The position numbers and the translations under genes were made by a program. Below are positions 40,257-40,322 of a stretch of DNA of 40,322 nt, piece by piece; within the stretch, counting starts at the first letter, position 1; each line of letters begins with the position of its first letter. Source of the DNA: Bacteroidales bacterium. GTDB lineage: Bacteria; Bacteroidota; Bacteroidia; Bacteroidales; B18-G4. Location of the stretch: NCBI GenBank assembly GCA_023145125.1, contig JAGLEK010000089.1, positions 1-40,322 on the forward strand, in the 5' to 3' direction. The notes under the pieces were generated by a model. That model was given only the letters and a program-made list of their open reading frames with translations, did no database searches and was not told the origin of the DNA.

Positions 40257-40322
40257 AAAAAGTGTTGAGGGTTGAGGGTTGAGGGTTGAGTGGATATTCG
40301 ATATCCGATATCCGATATCCGA
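40257..40322. repeat. composite phase-locked heptamer array: GTGTTGA (GGGTTGA)x3 GTGGATA TTCGATA (TCCGATA)x2 TCCGA, cut by the window edge
   Basis: The lead-in AAAAAGTGTTGAGGGTTGAG (40257-40276) is identical over 20 nt to 8454-8473. The second half is the reverse-complement register of the ATCGGAT units at 11315-11328. It contains three GATATC palindromes spaced 7 nt apart. Confidence 0.9.

Noticed and set aside
1-40322. Mobile element, prophage, defence island or biosynthetic gene cluster.
   Set aside because: No integrase, transposase, recombinase, phage structural, restriction-modification, toxin-antitoxin, Cas, NTPase/nuclease pairs or tRNA insertion sites were recognised. The gene content is overwhelmingly core metabolism and envelope biogenesis.

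Overview
This looks like a chromosomal segment from a Bacteroidota bacterium. Three secreted proteins carry type IX secretion (T9SS) C-terminal sorting domains, many genes are preceded by TAnnTTTG -7 promoter boxes, and several products have lipoprotein signal peptides. I call 35 protein-coding genes plus one gene remnant, and most are housekeeping. They include pgk, lysS, lipA-lipB, ispG, recO, udk, mce, trkA-trkH, ybdL-yafV and tatA. There are two lytic transglycosylases and a small LPS-core/O-antigen-ligase cluster (GT2, GT9, ligase, lipid kinase). I found no rRNA, tRNA, CRISPR array, transposase, integrase or recognisable defence genes, so I cannot point to a multi-gene novel system. The most unusual content is non-coding. 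About nine of roughly two dozen intergenic spacers carry tandem arrays with a strict 7-nt period, built from a small set of units (CTGGATR, GGGTTGA, WTCGRAT, ACGAAYA, NNNAATG). Different unit types are often joined in phase, and several arrays abut or overlap stop codons or sit between divergent promoters. One array is a canonical G-quadruplex motif. Several other spacers hold long palindromic elements sharing a GTCAT-YYC-G arm core. The unusual coding features are a 66-aa histone-fold-like ORF, a secreted Porphyromonas-type peptidylarginine/agmatine deiminase homologue with a T9SS tail, a VIT-vWA protein fused to a TonB C-terminal domain, a PorZ-like double propeller, and a frameshifted, truncated DUF1761 remnant next to ispG. 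All protein family calls rest on motifs I recognise by eye, with no database search.
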